From positions 1 through 64,000 of the forward strand of contig JAFGGO010000108.1 of assembly GCA_016930515.1 (NCBI GenBank): a stretch of 64,000 nucleotides of DNA. The letters are read 5' to 3'. Shown one piece after another: positions 37,850 to 47,995 of this stretch. The translations under genes were made by a program, and so were the position numbers. Under the pieces are notes generated by a model. That model was given only the letters and a program-made list of their open reading frames with translations, made no database searches and was not told the origin of the DNA. The DNA comes from Promethearchaeota archaeon (GTDB lineage Archaea > Asgardarchaeota > Lokiarchaeia > Sigyniarchaeales > SOKP01). Positions within the stretch are counted from its first letter, which is position 1, and the number at the start of each line of letters is the position of its first letter.

Positions 37850-40180
37850 TTAATTCCTTTCTTTTACTGGCATAAATATTTTAAAAAAATCCCGTTTTAC
37901 CTTGACATTACCTTGAAAGTTAACAATCATCCGATTACCTGAAAGGTTAACGGCGTGGAAACTACTGTAATTTCGCCCAAATCCTATAAAAGTAACAATA
38001 TCTCCATTATTTAGATTAGAGTCCAATTTAGAGGAATCTTTTATTCTTAAAAAGGTTCCAGATTTCAAATCTTCGAGCGAATTGATATTATGAATCGTTG
38101 CGAAAGAAAAAGAACCCGAATAATTTTCAAAAATGTAATCGTGAAGTTGCTTAAGTGGTTTTTTTTCGATTTTAATGGTTTCTCCCTTGATTCCCCTTTT
38201 TGCTATCAATAATGCCGCAATGGCGTGATCCACGAAACCTTTTGCTCTCACTTCGTTCACCAACTTGCCTTGTTGTAAATGAAACATTGCTTCTTTAGTC
38301 GTTTTAAATTCGTCTACTAAAAAGATATCGGGCGGTTCGAAGCGATTTTTTAGAGGTACATTTTCTTGTTCCATTCCTTCTAAATCGTTCAGGTTAGATT
38401 TTACGCAGGATAAATTATCGCAAGGTATACCAAAATATTCAATGAAAAAATCGATGATAAAATCGGAACCAGGACCGTGCCCCACGAAAATCTTGTTGAT
38501 CAATTCCTTTTTTTCGCTAAAAAACAACCCGAGTTCTTCTTCGATTTGCTGTTTTGCAACGCTTTGAGATCTAAGGTCCTTGATGTTGCTCTTTAAATTC
38601 ACATACCATAGTTCTGGCAATTCTCCGTGTTGGATGAGACAAAATCCAAAATGTCTCGTCCCAGGATCTACGGCTAATATCACTTCTTTTTGCTTAAATG
38701 TAAAGAGGTTGATGTCTGCCTTTCCTTTAGATATTTTCATCAATGAATTGAAAAAAGGTTCGAACTCTTGGTTTTTAATTTGTAGAAAAAAATCATGAGC
38801 TTGACTTTGGTAAAGCACTTCGATGTTGTATTTTTCGATTAAGGAAAAAAGATCGTGGTAATTTTCAACTTTCACAATGATATCTTGGCGAGGATCTATT
38901 TTAATTATTTTAACTTTCTCTACTGCTTTTGCTATGGCTTGGGCAATGTCGTCCTCGTTCTTTCCCGAAAGAATGTCCACATGAAGTCCGTCTAGATGGA
39001 ACGCTTCGTAAGCCGTCGAAGCACCTAGTAAATCGAAAAGTCTCTTTTCTTGGTTCCCCCCTCTTGAGATTGTTAATTTTTTTCTCGTTCGTGGGAAGAT
39101 TCTCACGCTTGCCGAGTTATATTTCCCCTTGCTAGGTGCATTTATCGTGATGACTCCTTTTAATTTTGAACTAATTACTTTAAATTCAATGAGATCTTCT
39201 AATTTCTCCTTTATGAAATCGAATTGGAGATCGCCAAGAACTAATATGTTAATATTTTTATTGTTTACAAAGAAATCAAAGGATGTAATTACTTTTTTCA
39301 GGTTTTCAAGGATCTCTGTCGCAATCTTAAATTTTTCGGGATCGTCAATATTAATTACGAATTCCTTGCGAGGATGTAAGTTGGACAAAAGCCCTGTTGT
39401 CTTGGGTGGTATGAATTTGCCATCATGATATTGGGTTCCTAGTTCAAACTCATTTTTTACATTTAGGCTAATCGTGACAATTTCGCCTTCAAGTGCCTGC
39501 TTTAAAGGAGAATTAGCCAGAGAAACCACTTGTCTTATCTTGATTTTATCGTTTAACCATTGTCCTGATTTTAAGGCTCCAGAAGTAAGACCAATGTTCA
39601 GCATCTCGCCAAGACCTTTCCGTTGTTTAAATCCTAATATTACAAAGGCCAATTCAGAATTTTCAAACTCTCTTTTTTTAAGATGAACGGAAATCCTTTC
39701 AATTAAATTCTCAATCCCCGTGATCTTTTTTGCAGATGTTTGGATTATCGGAATTCTTTCTTTCCCAAGCTTTTTTAACTCTGAATTGATTCTTTCAACA
39801 TTCGAATTAGGTAAATCCATTTTTGTTGCTGCGATGATGATAGGTAAATCTCTTTCCCGAGCTTTTTCGTAAAGCCAGTGTGTTCTAGCTTGGAAACCGT
39901 CCGTTCCAGAAATAACCAGTACTAAAAGGTCTGCAAATTCCAATCCCAAGGCAATACCTCCTTGAAAGTCGGCGTGACCCGGAGTGTCTAAAAAATTAAG
40001 CGTTAAGCTTTGTCGTTTCAAAACGAACTGAATGACCTTGAGGGACACCGTCGTACCGTGAGAAAGCTCGTAATCTAAATTATCGGGAAACTTTCCTACT
40101 ATTGCCTCAATCAAGCTTGATTTGCCGTGTTGAGCGTGTCCAGCAACTAGAACATTTAAAATTCTTTCCTTAGTAACCAT
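37850..40180 (-). CDS. translational GTPase (compact EF-G/EF-2-like domains I-V) fused to a YqgF/RuvX-like RNase H-fold domain
   Basis: GHAQHGKS, E..HGTT, DTPGHADF, TKMD, TSAK; domain III LGDLQFDFIKEKL; ILAVDPGTRHFGFCL, VGHGPGS, VDEFKTTKEA, VDHAIAALLIA. Confidence 0.85.
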   Translation of the reverse strand: MVTKERILNVLVAGHAQHGKSSLIEAIVGKFPDNLDYELSHGTTVSLKVIQFVLKRQSLTLNFLDTPGHADFQGGIALGLEFADLLVLVISGTDGFQARTHWLYEKARERDLPIIIAATKMDLPNSNVERINSELKKLGKERIPIIQTSAKKITGIENLIERISVHLKKREFENSELAFVILGFKQRKGLGEMLNIGLTSGALKSGQWLNDKIKIRQVVSLANSPLKQALEGEIVTISLNVKNEFELGTQYHDGKFIPPKTTGLLSNLHPRKEFVINIDDPEKFKIATEILENLKKVITSFDFFVNNKNINILVLGDLQFDFIKEKLEDLIEFKVISSKLKGVITINAPSKGKYNSASVRIFPRTRKKLTISRGGNQEKRLFDLLGASTAYEAFHLDGLHVDILSGKNEDDIAQAIAKAVEKVKIIKIDPRQDIIVKVENYHDLFSLIEKYNIEVLYQSQAHDFFLQIKNQEFEPFFNSLMKISKGKADINLFTFKQKEVILAVDPGTRHFGFCLIQHGELPELWYVNLKSNIKDLRSQSVAKQQIEEELGLFFSEKKELINKIFVGHGPGSDFIIDFFIEYFGIPCDNLSCVKSNLNDLEGMEQENVPLKNRFEPPDIFLVDEFKTTKEAMFHLQQGKLVNEVRAKGFVDHAIAALLIAKRGIKGETIKIEKKPLKQLHDYIFENYSGSFSFATIHNINSLEDLKSGTFLRIKDSSKLDSNLNNGDIVTFIGFGRNYSSFHAVNLSGNRMIVNFQGNVKVKRDFFKIFMPVKERN

Positions 40181-40231
40181 TTTTATCTTACGACAATGTA
40201 TTATTTAGTAATTTTAGAATAAGATTATTTA

Positions 40232-40708
40232 TTAAATCTCTCTTCGGAACCCTTCAATAGCTTCAAAATAATCCAAGATAGATTCCCTCAACTCAACGGC
40301 GGGAACAATGTTCCTAACTCTTCTTACATATTCAACAGCTTGAGACCAGCTCCATTCTGGATGTTCCTTTAATAACCACGCAACACAAATAGCTCCGCTC
40401 CGAGAAATACCCATAGCACAATGGACCAAAAGTTTTCTATTATCTTCTTTAATCTTCTTGTTGATAAAAGAGAGTACCTCCGCTATTATTTCGTGAGATG
40501 GATATGTGTTATCTGGAAAACCTCTAAATAAATATTCGAACTTTCCTCTAGGGGGTTGATAATGCTTGTATTCCATCAGGTTAACTATAGCAGTAATTCC
40601 TTCTTCTTCCATCTTCTTAAAATTTAGCCTGGGCCAATACGCACCAATGTATAAATGTTCATTTATCTTGTATATCTCGTCAAGCTCGGGATTTTTATAT
40701 TCTGACAA
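40232..40708 (-). CDS. dual-specificity protein phosphatase
   Basis: INEHLYIG, GITAIVNL, FPD, VHCAMGISRS, A..YVR..R. Confidence 0.92.
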   Translation of the reverse strand: MSEYKNPELDEIYKINEHLYIGAYWPRLNFKKMEEEGITAIVNLMEYKHYQPPRGKFEYLFRGFPDNTYPSHEIIAEVLSFINKKIKEDNRKLLVHCAMGISRSGAICVAWLLKEHPEWSWSQAVEYVRRVRNIVPAVELRESILDYFEAIEGFRREI

Positions 40709-40825
40709 TATTCATAAACCAAAATTTATTAACCACTCTTACTAAAGAAAAATTTTGAGAAGTAATGAATTTTGCTATTAAACAATGTAAAGAAAAAAAT
40801 GATGATGATGAAAAAAAAAATGAGG

Positions 40826-42421
40826 TTATAATTTCTTTTTTCGTATCCTATAGAGGACAAAAGAAATTCCACATAAACCCGCTAATCCAATTAACCAAGG
40901 TTCATAACCAGGAATTCCCCCATTCTCTCCTGTTATTGCTGATGTATAGGCCGTAAAAGTGGGATCCTGCTCTATTGTCCCTCCAGCCCAATCTGGGAAG
41001 CAGGTAACATAATAAAATCCCACACTCACGCTAGATAGATGGCTTAAAATATAAGCAGCTAATAACACCCGAATACCGGCTCTTGTTTCAGTAAGATTTC
41101 CAATAAATCCCGCAATAAATGCGCCAAAACCCAAGATAGTTCCAAAATTAATAGGTGTCGAGACTAAGCCTCTACCCACAACAAATGTTGTAGATTCATG
41201 TTCTTCCGTGCCGTCGAGAGTATAATTGCTCGTTTCATCAAAGTTTAACTTATAAACTGGATGTCCATTAATATAACAAGTGGCTGCTGGGATTTCATGT
41301 GTTATTTGACCGATTGTGGAACCAGTAGAATTTTGAAATCCTATTTCGCTTCCTGAACCTTCGTCTATGTTGAATCTCATGATATTTACCGTATTGATAA
41401 CTGCAAGACTAAAACCTGGATATATCCCAAATCCACTTAACCTTGCTCCGATTCCTCCTCCAGCAGAATTGTTATAGTAACCTAGATAATAACCGCTACC
41501 TAAATTAAGAGAATCTCCTCCAATAGCTGTAGAGATAATTTCTTCCCATTGTGAAAATACCCACAGATTAGTCATTTCACCAATGTTGTATTTGACTCTC
41601 GTAGTGACTTTTCCGTTATCTATTGTAGTGATATATGTGAAATTGAGCTCCTCTATGACAGAGGCCGCAACAATGTTTCCCAAATTAGTAGACGAACTAT
41701 CTAAACCTGCTGATACGCTTAATGGTTGCCATAAAGTAAATACATTTTTATACGACATTCCATAGCTATATTCTGCACCAGTTGATGTTGTAGTTTTTTT
41801 CAAATTTATTGGTATTGCTTCAGTTTCAATTGAAGGATCGACGTGCATCCACGAAGGGGCTCCTGCATCATTAAGTCTTTCGTTAAGTAAAAGTCTATGA
41901 TATCCTGAATAAAACGACCATCCCAAGAACATGTGATTTCTATTGCTAGGAAGTTCCGCTGGATCTGTTTTATAATCATAGTATGCCATCAATCCTAAAA
42001 ACCTGTTCACAACAAATAAATGCGTCGCTGGATCGCCTCCAGGATTAAAATGCTGAACTAACAGCTGAAATGGTGCACACGCATATTCGCTTGAGTTATA
42101 TCCATTGTCAAGATCCCAAGAAAAATTCTGCATTGCAATATATAGGGATTGAACACCCCCAACATTTGTATAGGTTTGATAGAACTTTGAATCAACATCT
42201 GTGATTGAATCGTTGTGAGTTGCTGTTCCGTTATAAACGCCGGGTTTGTAATCTTCTTCTAATTGAAATCCTAAAAAATCGTATGACACATCCCAATATT
42301 CTTCTGCAAACGAATGGTCGTAGAGGTTCTCTCCTGCAGCAGCTACTAATGGTGTGGCAAACGAAAGCATTAAAATGGATACAATGGTCATGCTTAATAA
42401 TTTCTGTTTAAAATTTGCCAT
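40826..42421 (-). CDS. secreted surface/S-layer-like glycoprotein with a C-terminal sorting signal
   Basis: N-terminal signal peptide; many N-x-S/T sites; QDPTF; IPGYE + TM + RIRKKKL. Confidence 0.8.
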   Translation of the reverse strand: MANFKQKLLSMTIVSILMLSFATPLVAAAGENLYDHSFAEEYWDVSYDFLGFQLEEDYKPGVYNGTATHNDSITDVDSKFYQTYTNVGGVQSLYIAMQNFSWDLDNGYNSSEYACAPFQLLVQHFNPGGDPATHLFVVNRFLGLMAYYDYKTDPAELPSNRNHMFLGWSFYSGYHRLLLNERLNDAGAPSWMHVDPSIETEAIPINLKKTTTSTGAEYSYGMSYKNVFTLWQPLSVSAGLDSSSTNLGNIVAASVIEELNFTYITTIDNGKVTTRVKYNIGEMTNLWVFSQWEEIISTAIGGDSLNLGSGYYLGYYNNSAGGGIGARLSGFGIYPGFSLAVINTVNIMRFNIDEGSGSEIGFQNSTGSTIGQITHEIPAATCYINGHPVYKLNFDETSNYTLDGTEEHESTTFVVGRGLVSTPINFGTILGFGAFIAGFIGNLTETRAGIRVLLAAYILSHLSSVSVGFYYVTCFPDWAGGTIEQDPTFTAYTSAITGENGGIPGYEPWLIGLAGLCGISFVLYRIRKKKL

Positions 42422-42585
42422 TTTTGTTCAAATTTATTGCTAATAGTTTGGATATATTTTTTATGGAAATTCAAGCATAAAAATATAACCCATAAATTAG
42501 AGCCTTAAGTTCTAAACAATGAATTAAAACCAAGCAAACATGATTGGTTTTATAAAATACACCTTCTTTACGATTTATTTTTTGA

Positions 42586-42966
42586 TTAGATTTTGGCTAA
42601 ATCTCGGCTTGCTATCACACTTGCATCAAGACCCAAAACATCTTTAACGAGCACTTGTCCCATTATTAGCGGTGCTTCAATTTCTAGCGTGGCAATTTCT
42701 CTCAAGACATCGTCTAATTTCTCCTTAGGAATGGGTACATTGGTTCTCACGGGAACGAGAGGCAACAGCCCGTTTTTCACGCGCATCGTGGTAGTTAGAA
42801 TTCGTTTTGGAGAGATAAATTCCTCTTTAGCGTATTCTTCACCTCTCTTGCAGGTGTGTCCTTCCACGATGAGCTCTCCATTCACATTTTTCACATGAAT
42901 CTCGCATCCTGTTGGGCAAACAATACAACGCACGGTTTTTTCTCCTTCTGGTAAAACTTCAGTCAT
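42586..42966 (-). CDS. DUF1667 protein (third gene of the glpA-type operon)
   Basis: CIVCP.GC, G.TC.RG..YA..E...PKR.LTTT; AGGAGG SD favours an internal ATG. Confidence 0.88.
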   Translation of the reverse strand: MTEVLPEGEKTVRCIVCPTGCEIHVKNVNGELIVEGHTCKRGEEYAKEEFISPKRILTTTMRVKNGLLPLVPVRTNVPIPKEKLDDVLREIATLEIEAPLIMGQVLVKDVLGLDASVIASRDLAKI

Positions 42967-42982
42967 TTTCATCATTCCTCCT

Positions 42983-44311
42983 TTATATTGAGTTCCTCCA
43001 CTTTTCAAAACCATTCCGATTATTGATGAGAACTTCTGGTTCTGGAATCACTTCTATCTCCATTGCTTTAGTTTCTTGGTTCAAGCCAATCTCTTCTAAA
43101 TTCACATTTAATTCGATCATTTCGCTCGGTAAGACATATCTCCTCTTTTTTTTAAAAAAGACCTTGTTATTGTCGTCTTTAAATTGTATTAAAACCCTTC
43201 GTTCGGGGTGTTTTACTCGAAACGAAAAAATTACATCCTTTGAAAGGTCTTTCGTGTTTATCAAGTCCGGCTTCACGTAATTCACGTTTTCTCCTGCGCT
43301 ACACTTTATTTTTCTCTTTTTTTCGGAACACTTTCCAAACTTGTTGTCGATGTAATCAACAGCATTTAATCCTGCTCGTTTTGCTTCAGCGACCACTAGA
43401 TCCACGAGGTCGTGTACCTGTAATACGTTACCGCACGCAAAAATACCCTCTGAGGTGGTTTGAAGGTTATTATCTATTGTCGGCCCTCCATTTGAAGATA
43501 TTTCCGCACCGCAATTTTGTGTGAGTTCGTTTTCTGGAATCAAACCAACTGACAAGAGCAAGGTATCACATTCAATAAAGCGGTCAGTTCCGATGATTCT
43601 ATCAAACTTGCGATCAACTTTTGAGATCGTCACCCCCTTGACTCGATTTCTTCCATGAATCTTGGTTACGGTATAACTCGTGATGAGTGGAATGTCGTAA
43701 TCCTCCAAGCACTGGACTTGATTTCTTAAGAGTCCGCTGACGTATGGTTGAATCTCGACAACTGCTTTTACTTGACACCCTTCCCATGTCAATCTCCTCG
43801 CCATGATCATTCCAATATCCCCGCTTCCTAAAATCACATAAGTCCTCCCTGGAAGGTAGCCTTCAATGTTGACGAATCTTTGCGCCTGACCTGCCGTATA
43901 AATTCCCGAGGGTCTAAATCCTGGCATGTTAATCGAACCTCGAGTTCTTTCGCGACATCCCATGCTTAGTATGATCGCCTTGGCATTTATCTCAATAAGT
44001 CCCTCGTCCTTATTTATAGCGTGAATGACCTTGTCTTCTGATAGCTTTATGACCATTGTTTCTAACTTGTAGGGAATTTCAAGTCGTTTAACCTCGTTGA
44101 TGAATCTTTGAACGAACTCAGGTCCAGTCAGTTCCTCTTTAAATTCGTGAAGTCCAAATCCGTTGTGAATACATTGAAGCGTAATTCCTCCCAATTCCTT
44201 GTCTCTTTCGAGTATGAGGACGTTCTTGTTCTCCTTTTTTACGACTATTGCAGCTGCTAACCCTGCAGAACCACCACCTATGATCGCTACATCTGTCTCG
44301 TATTTTTTCAC
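42983..44311 (-). CDS. FAD/NAD(P)-dependent oxidoreductase, partner of the GlpA-like subunit
   Basis: GGGSAGLAAA, QCIHNGFG, LTGPE, GCRER.RG, GSGDIGMIMARR, GIFACGNV.QVHDLVD. Confidence 0.9.
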   Translation of the reverse strand: MKKYETDVAIIGGGSAGLAAAIVVKKENKNVLILERDKELGGITLQCIHNGFGLHEFKEELTGPEFVQRFINEVKRLEIPYKLETMVIKLSEDKVIHAINKDEGLIEINAKAIILSMGCRERTRGSINMPGFRPSGIYTAGQAQRFVNIEGYLPGRTYVILGSGDIGMIMARRLTWEGCQVKAVVEIQPYVSGLLRNQVQCLEDYDIPLITSYTVTKIHGRNRVKGVTISKVDRKFDRIIGTDRFIECDTLLLSVGLIPENELTQNCGAEISSNGGPTIDNNLQTTSEGIFACGNVLQVHDLVDLVVAEAKRAGLNAVDYIDNKFGKCSEKKRKIKCSAGENVNYVKPDLINTKDLSKDVIFSFRVKHPERRVLIQFKDDNNKVFFKKKRRYVLPSEMIELNVNLEEIGLNQETKAMEIEVIPEPEVLINNRNGFEKWRNSI

Positions 44312-44314
44312 GAT

Positions 44315-45832
44315 TTATAAAGCCCCCTTTCGTTTGAGTTCAGTTAAAATCCTATCCTTTGTCCTGCATACAACTATGTTTGTATCATCTCCTCTTTTAG
44401 TGATTTCTTCATATGGGAGGTTTAATTCCTTGGATAAAAGTTCTATGATTCGTGGTCTGCAAAAACCGCCTTGACATCTTCCCATGCCTGGTCTGCAACG
44501 AAACTTTACGCCATCAACAGTTCTTGCTCCAACAGGAGCTCGAATTGCGTTTAAAATTTCCTTTTCTGGAACCGTTTCGCACCGACACACAATCCTACCC
44601 CATGAGGGGTCTTCTTTTATTTTTAAATCTATTTCATCATTTGAAAAATTCACGAAACGTTCGGGTTTTGGTCGATATGGATTATAATCTTCTTTTTTCT
44701 TCATGGTTAAGCCGAGTAGTTCAAGAAATTCTTGTACTTTCTCGGCAATAGAAAAACAGGAAGAAAGTCCGGGGGATAATATTCCAGCAACATTAATAAA
44801 TCCGTAAACATCCGTGTTATCAATAATAAAATCCATTGATTCTGGTACAGCTCTCAAACCAGCAAAATTTCTAATCGTGCTTTTCAACGGCAAGTTAGGA
44901 ACGAGTTTCATTCCTCCCTCCAATACTTCCTTTAATCCTGCAGTTGTTGTGGACAGATCGTCTATATCAACTATATTTTGGGCGTTTGGTCCTGCAAATG
45001 TGTTTCCGTGTATTGTTGGACATACCAAAATACCTTTCGATACTTTAGTCGGGGATGGAAATAGGATTTTATTTAGTCGAATGGAATTTCTATCAAATAA
45101 AATATATTCTCCCTTGCGCGGTATGATGTCAAAATAATCCAAACCAAGCATCTTGGATATCCTTGAAGAATAAAGTCCCGCAGCGTTGATTAGGTGACTT
45201 CCTTGAAACTCTTCCGTTCTGGTTTTAACGTGAAACACATAATCCTGGTGCTTGATCTTAATTACTTCTTGATTACGGAAAAATTTAACTCCATTTGTAG
45301 CGGCATTTTCTGCCAAGGCAAAGGTCATTTCGTAGGGACTTACGATACCAGCAGAAGGGGCGTGAAGGACAGCAACAACCTCGGGTGTTAAATTTGGTTC
45401 CATCTTTAGAATTTTTTCCTTATCGAAAATCACTTCCAAACCAGGAATACCGTCTTGTATGCCGTTTTTTCGATAAGTTTCCAATTCTTCTATTTGATAA
45501 TCTTCCAATGCAACCACGAAAGATCCTATCCTTCGAAGAGGAAAATTCAATTCCTCTTGTGCTTTAGTATACAATTGATTACCATGTATACAGAGATTCC
45601 GCTTGGTATATTTTCTATCTGCCGCGTAACCTGCGTGTACCACTCCTGAGTTAGCCTTCGTCGTTCCCGAAGCGATATCTGCTTCTTTTTCCAATAATGC
45701 AATGTTAATATCGTACTTCGAAAGAGTTCGAGCTATAGCACAACCTATTACCCCTCCACCTACGATGATCACGTCATAAATCAATTGAACGATTACCCAA
45801 TAGTCGAGTGTTTTATTTATCTTATGATACAA
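44315..45832 (-). CDS. glpA: glycerol-3-phosphate dehydrogenase-like flavoprotein (GlpA/LhgO family) with a BFD-like [2Fe-2S] domain
   Basis: DVIIVGGGVIG, GTTKANSGVVHAG, PRKGEY, CRCE...GMGRCQGGFC; the true start is probably near 45784. Confidence 0.8.
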   Translation of the reverse strand: MYHKINKTLDYWVIVQLIYDVIIVGGGVIGCAIARTLSKYDINIALLEKEADIASGTTKANSGVVHAGYAADRKYTKRNLCIHGNQLYTKAQEELNFPLRRIGSFVVALEDYQIEELETYRKNGIQDGIPGLEVIFDKEKILKMEPNLTPEVVAVLHAPSAGIVSPYEMTFALAENAATNGVKFFRNQEVIKIKHQDYVFHVKTRTEEFQGSHLINAAGLYSSRISKMLGLDYFDIIPRKGEYILFDRNSIRLNKILFPSPTKVSKGILVCPTIHGNTFAGPNAQNIVDIDDLSTTTAGLKEVLEGGMKLVPNLPLKSTIRNFAGLRAVPESMDFIIDNTDVYGFINVAGILSPGLSSCFSIAEKVQEFLELLGLTMKKKEDYNPYRPKPERFVNFSNDEIDLKIKEDPSWGRIVCRCETVPEKEILNAIRAPVGARTVDGVKFRCRPGMGRCQGGFCRPRIIELLSKELNLPYEEITKRGDDTNIVVCRTKDRILTELKRKGAL

Positions 45833-45969
45833 TAAGTAGTAAATAAATTATTAGTTTTTTCTTCGTTTTTTTCTAAATGGTTTAGAATAATCAAAATCTA
45901 GAAAATCTTGCTATATCCTAACGAGTAATTATGGACTTATTTTTAACATGAATTGGGTGTATTCAAATA

Positions 45970-47229
45970 TTACGGGAGGATATAATCCTTTCCAAATGTT
46001 TTATCTGTGAAAATATATATTTTATCGGCTCCAGAGGTTGTTGGAACTCCATTTACCTTCAATTCAATTATCAAATTTTTCTTATTTGTTCCCCTCGGCG
46101 TTTTCTTAACTTCATTTCCCTCGAGCTTTAACATTTCGACCTTTTGATGAATGTAAGTGTCAGTTGTTCTTCCCATTATTATTATATCGTCATTTTGAGC
46201 TAAATAACCGTTATTAAGCGATATCAATGCAGTATTAGGTGGTTTATAATCAATCACGCTCCCAACTCTTATGTAACGATAATGTGAAAGGTTAGATGGT
46301 GACCTATGCTGTTGATCCTCCTCCGTTACTCTTTTAAAATAAAAACCCGTTGTAAATCCTCTATTGTACACTTTTTTTAATTCGGTCACCCACTTACCAG
46401 CCTTTTTTTTTGAAAAAGATCCATCGTAATATGCATCAATAGCTTCTCGATATACCTTGCTCACGACTTCAACATAATGTGGGTGCCTCATCCTTCCTTC
46501 TATCTTAAAACAATCAATATTAGCTTCGATTAATTCGGGTATATGGGCGATCGTACATAACTCACGCGAATTCATAAAGCGAACACCATCGTATATATAT
46601 TCCGTACCCTCTTCTTCTCTTACCCACCACCGCCTTCTGCACGGTTGAACGCAACTTCCCCTATTTGCAGATTTTTCTTCGGTACCACAAATATCCTGCG
46701 AAAAATAGCATCTCCCGCTCACCGAACTACACATGGCCCCGTGAACGAAAACCTCGATTTCAGAACTTGTTAAATTGCGCTTGACTTCCTTGATTTTCTC
46801 TAAGGAAAGTTCTCTTGCTAGAATGATCCTTCTTGCGCCCAAATTCTCGTAAAATTTAGCTGACAAAGAATTCGAGACATTACATTGCGTAGAAATGTGA
46901 AAAGGCACTTCTAATTGTCGTGCCATTTCTAATATGGCAATATCGTGAATAATAACGGCGTCAATTCCTGCCTCACTCGCTCTTGTTATGAGGTCCCTAA
47001 TAGATTCGATCTCGTTGTCGTAAACAAGGATATTCGTTGCCAAATAGGCTTTAAGCTCGTTATCGTGGCAAAAATTAACAACTTTATTAATATCTTCTAA
47101 CGAAAAATTTTCAGAACGGATTCTCATGTTATAATTGTCAACACCAAAATACACGGAATCTGCAAAACCAATTGCCGCCTTAATCGCTTTTAAATTCTTA
47201 GCAGGTGCGAGCAGTTCTACCCTTTTCAT
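45970..47229 (-). CDS. peptidase U32-family Fe-S protein (TrhP/RlhA-like RNA hydroxylase family)
   Basis: ELLAPA, HISTQ, ILARELS, FVHGAMC..VSGRC...NRGSC.QPCR, KIEGR. Confidence 0.9.
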   Translation of the reverse strand: MKRVELLAPAKNLKAIKAAIGFADSVYFGVDNYNMRIRSENFSLEDINKVVNFCHDNELKAYLATNILVYDNEIESIRDLITRASEAGIDAVIIHDIAILEMARQLEVPFHISTQCNVSNSLSAKFYENLGARRIILARELSLEKIKEVKRNLTSSEIEVFVHGAMCSSVSGRCYFSQDICGTEEKSANRGSCVQPCRRRWWVREEEGTEYIYDGVRFMNSRELCTIAHIPELIEANIDCFKIEGRMRHPHYVEVVSKVYREAIDAYYDGSFSKKKAGKWVTELKKVYNRGFTTGFYFKRVTEEDQQHRSPSNLSHYRYIRVGSVIDYKPPNTALISLNNGYLAQNDDIIIMGRTTDTYIHQKVEMLKLEGNEVKKTPRGTNKKNLIIELKVNGVPTTSGADKIYIFTDKTFGKDYILP

Positions 47230-47282
47230 TTTTAGAATCCGTCTTAATCGATAATATAAAGAAAAAGCACGATTTTTTGGTT

Positions 47283-47819
47283 TTAATTCAAATGAATTTT
47301 ATTTTTTAGAGCAGCTTTTTTTGTAAGCTCGGTAAAGGCTTCCTCAACGCTTTGACCTGTTTTTGCTGATGTCTGGATGTAAATGCTATTCTTTTCGTTG
47401 GCAAACTCAAGAGCCTTGTTTTTCTTTATTGTAGAACCGATCTCTTTAATTAAATCTAGTTTATTCCCAATCAGAATGAATGGTACATCATTCCCACAGT
47501 ATTTAAGCAATTCAGGATACCAAGTATTTATAACTTTTTGAAAGGTGTCTGGACGAGTAAGATCAAAAATTAATAAAGCACCGCTCGTTCCACTATAATA
47601 ATTACTACGCATGGTTTTAAACCTTTCCTGTCCTCCAACATCCCAAATTGTTAGCGTAACCTCGTCTTCTTTAAACTTTACCTTTTTATTCAAGAAATCA
47701 ACGCCCATCGTCATTCTATACGATTGACTAAACTGATTGTTGATGAATCGGTTAAGAAGGCTCGTTTTTCCTACTGACCCTGGTCCGAGAAGCGTCAGTT
47801 TTAAGTGATATTCTACCAT
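47283..47819 (-). CDS. Rab-like small GTPase
   Basis: GPGSVGKTS, TMGVDF, IWDVGGQERF..MR.NYY.G, GNKLD, TSAKTG. Confidence 0.93.
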   Translation of the reverse strand: MVEYHLKLTLLGPGSVGKTSLLNRFINNQFSQSYRMTMGVDFLNKKVKFKEDEVTLTIWDVGGQERFKTMRSNYYSGTSGALLIFDLTRPDTFQKVINTWYPELLKYCGNDVPFILIGNKLDLIKEIGSTIKKNKALEFANEKNSIYIQTSAKTGQSVEEAFTELTKKAALKNKIHLN

Positions 47820-47995
47820 GTTTTTCCAAGAATCTCCTGTTTTCTTTTTTGTTATTTTATTAAAGATTTAATAGTATATAAAATCCATATAGAGCAGTAA
47901 AAAAATCCGAAAATAAATATTTAAGTGATATTAAGGATTGAATTTCTCAACTCGATCCGATTTTTTTAAAATCACAATAATAGAGTGGTTAAATT

